Positions 50,896 to 51,722 of a stretch of 51,722 nt of DNA are shown here, piece after piece. A model generated the notes under the pieces. That model worked only from the letters and a program-made list of their open reading frames with translations. It did no database searches and was not told the origin of the DNA. Location of the stretch: IMG/VR virus record IMGVR_UViG_2579778650_000023. One strand, given 5' to 3'. The DNA comes from a virus. Its lineage: Duplodnaviria; Heunggongvirae; Uroviricota; Caudoviricetes. The position numbers were made by a program, and so were the translations under genes. Within the stretch, counting starts at the first letter, position 1, and every line of letters begins with the position of its first letter.

Positions 50896-51705
50896 TCAAT
50901 GAACGGTATCGAGCAGCTTTAACAGCTCAGGGAATCGGGATTCGAAGAAATGCGGCTGCGTCTCGCGCGGATTTGCAGGACTGGTGATGTTCTTGCCGAA
51001 CATGCAGCCTTTCGCTGTCAGCGACCAGAATTTTTTGATGTTGTTAATCGCGGTACGGCTGTATCGTTCGCGCTGCTCGACGATCCCCAGCTTCACCATC
51101 TGGTGATATGCCTGATTAGCCGTCAGGCGTATACCATACTGTTTCAGCAGTGCACTCAGTGACAGTGTCGGGCGACTTGAGCCATCGTGTGCATCAGCAG
51201 GAGCATCAATGGCATAGCGCGGTGCCAGATTCGGTAAGCCAACAGCCTCCTGGAGTTTCTGACAGGCACCAAGCACTGAAGAGTTAGACAGGTTTAACTC
51301 CCGGCGCATAAAGTCCAGCAGGATCACACCAGCCTGCATCTTGTCAGCAGCCTGTCCGGATAATTTTTCCGGTGCGCTGGTTACCATATCGAAAGTACGG
51401 ATCACCTTCAGATGGAATGACGGGCTGATCCACATTGCATAGGCATACACCAGTTCCTTGCAGACATACGTTCCCCGTTCATTTCCCCCATGAATCACAC
51501 TCACCGGGTCAACACCCAAATTCTGGGTGTTGGTCAATTCATGAACAAGCTCAACAGTTTGTTGGCTGGAAAGAAACTTTCCCGGCTCCTTGGTTCTGGC
51601 ATTTGCACCAGATGCTACTGCTGCGCGATGCAGATCGTTCAGGCTGTAACGCCCATAAGCATCACGACGAACTTCAATACCATCAATGACCATCAGATTA
51701 TTCAT
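50896..51705 (-). CDS. KilA-N domain protein, antirepressor-like (269 aa)
   Basis: N-terminal VIDGIEVRRDAYGRYSLNDLHRAAVASG KilA-N motif. Confidence 0.65.
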   Translation of the reverse strand: MNNLMVIDGIEVRRDAYGRYSLNDLHRAAVASGANARTKEPGKFLSSQQTVELVHELTNTQNLGVDPVSVIHGGNERGTYVCKELVYAYAMWISPSFHLKVIRTFDMVTSAPEKLSGQAADKMQAGVILLDFMRRELNLSNSSVLGACQKLQEAVGLPNLAPRYAIDAPADAHDGSSRPTLSLSALLKQYGIRLTANQAYHQMVKLGIVEQRERYSRTAINNIKKFWSLTAKGCMFGKNITSPANPRETQPHFFESRFPELLKLLDTVH

Positions 51706-51722
51706 ACTTCGTTTCTCCTCTT

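Larger units (their letters stand above)
24864..51722. mobile_element. Prophage integrated at the 5' end of dusA (Mu-like tail, HK97-like head, lambdoid Q/lysis); extends beyond the window end
   Basis: Integrase directly adjacent to the dusA 5' end, then a contiguous phage tail, head, packaging, lysis and regulatory module. Left boundary approximate; right boundary not in window. Confidence 0.9.

Overview
Enterobacterial (E. coli-like) chromosomal segment with a conserved core block, ssb / uvrA / yjbR / yjbQ / aphA / yjbS-locus ORF / tyrB / alr / dnaB / qor / pspG / dusA (about 11.9-24.9 kb), flanked by two accessory regions. LEFT (1 to about 11.8 kb): the right-hand part of a mobile island ending just past the ssb terminator. 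It carries an operon of three consecutive tyrosine-recombinase-family genes (420, 520 and about 677 aa, overlapping stop/start codons) plus a 141-aa fourth gene, followed on the same strand by AT-rich cargo: a 1587-aa protein with an N-terminal domain of unknown type, a STAND-type P-loop NTPase module and a long C-terminal region (Avs/AVAST-like antiviral candidate), and a convergent 273-aa Abi-like protein. This cargo is the best candidate for an undescribed system in the window. RIGHT (about 24.9 kb to the window end): a prophage integrated at the 5' end of dusA, with a tyrosine integrase, a LexA-box-controlled DinI-like gene, a Mu-like contractile tail/baseplate module with an AT-rich secreted-protein moron, an HK97-like head and packaging module with HNH endonuclease, a lysis cassette (two membrane proteins, GH19 endolysin, Rz with embedded Rz1), a Q antiterminator with candidate pR'/tR', DUF968 and two KilA-N proteins. 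The prophage runs off the window end. No rRNA or CRISPR array was seen and no tRNA was recognised. All calls rest on reading the ORF translations and sequence motifs; no database search was run.
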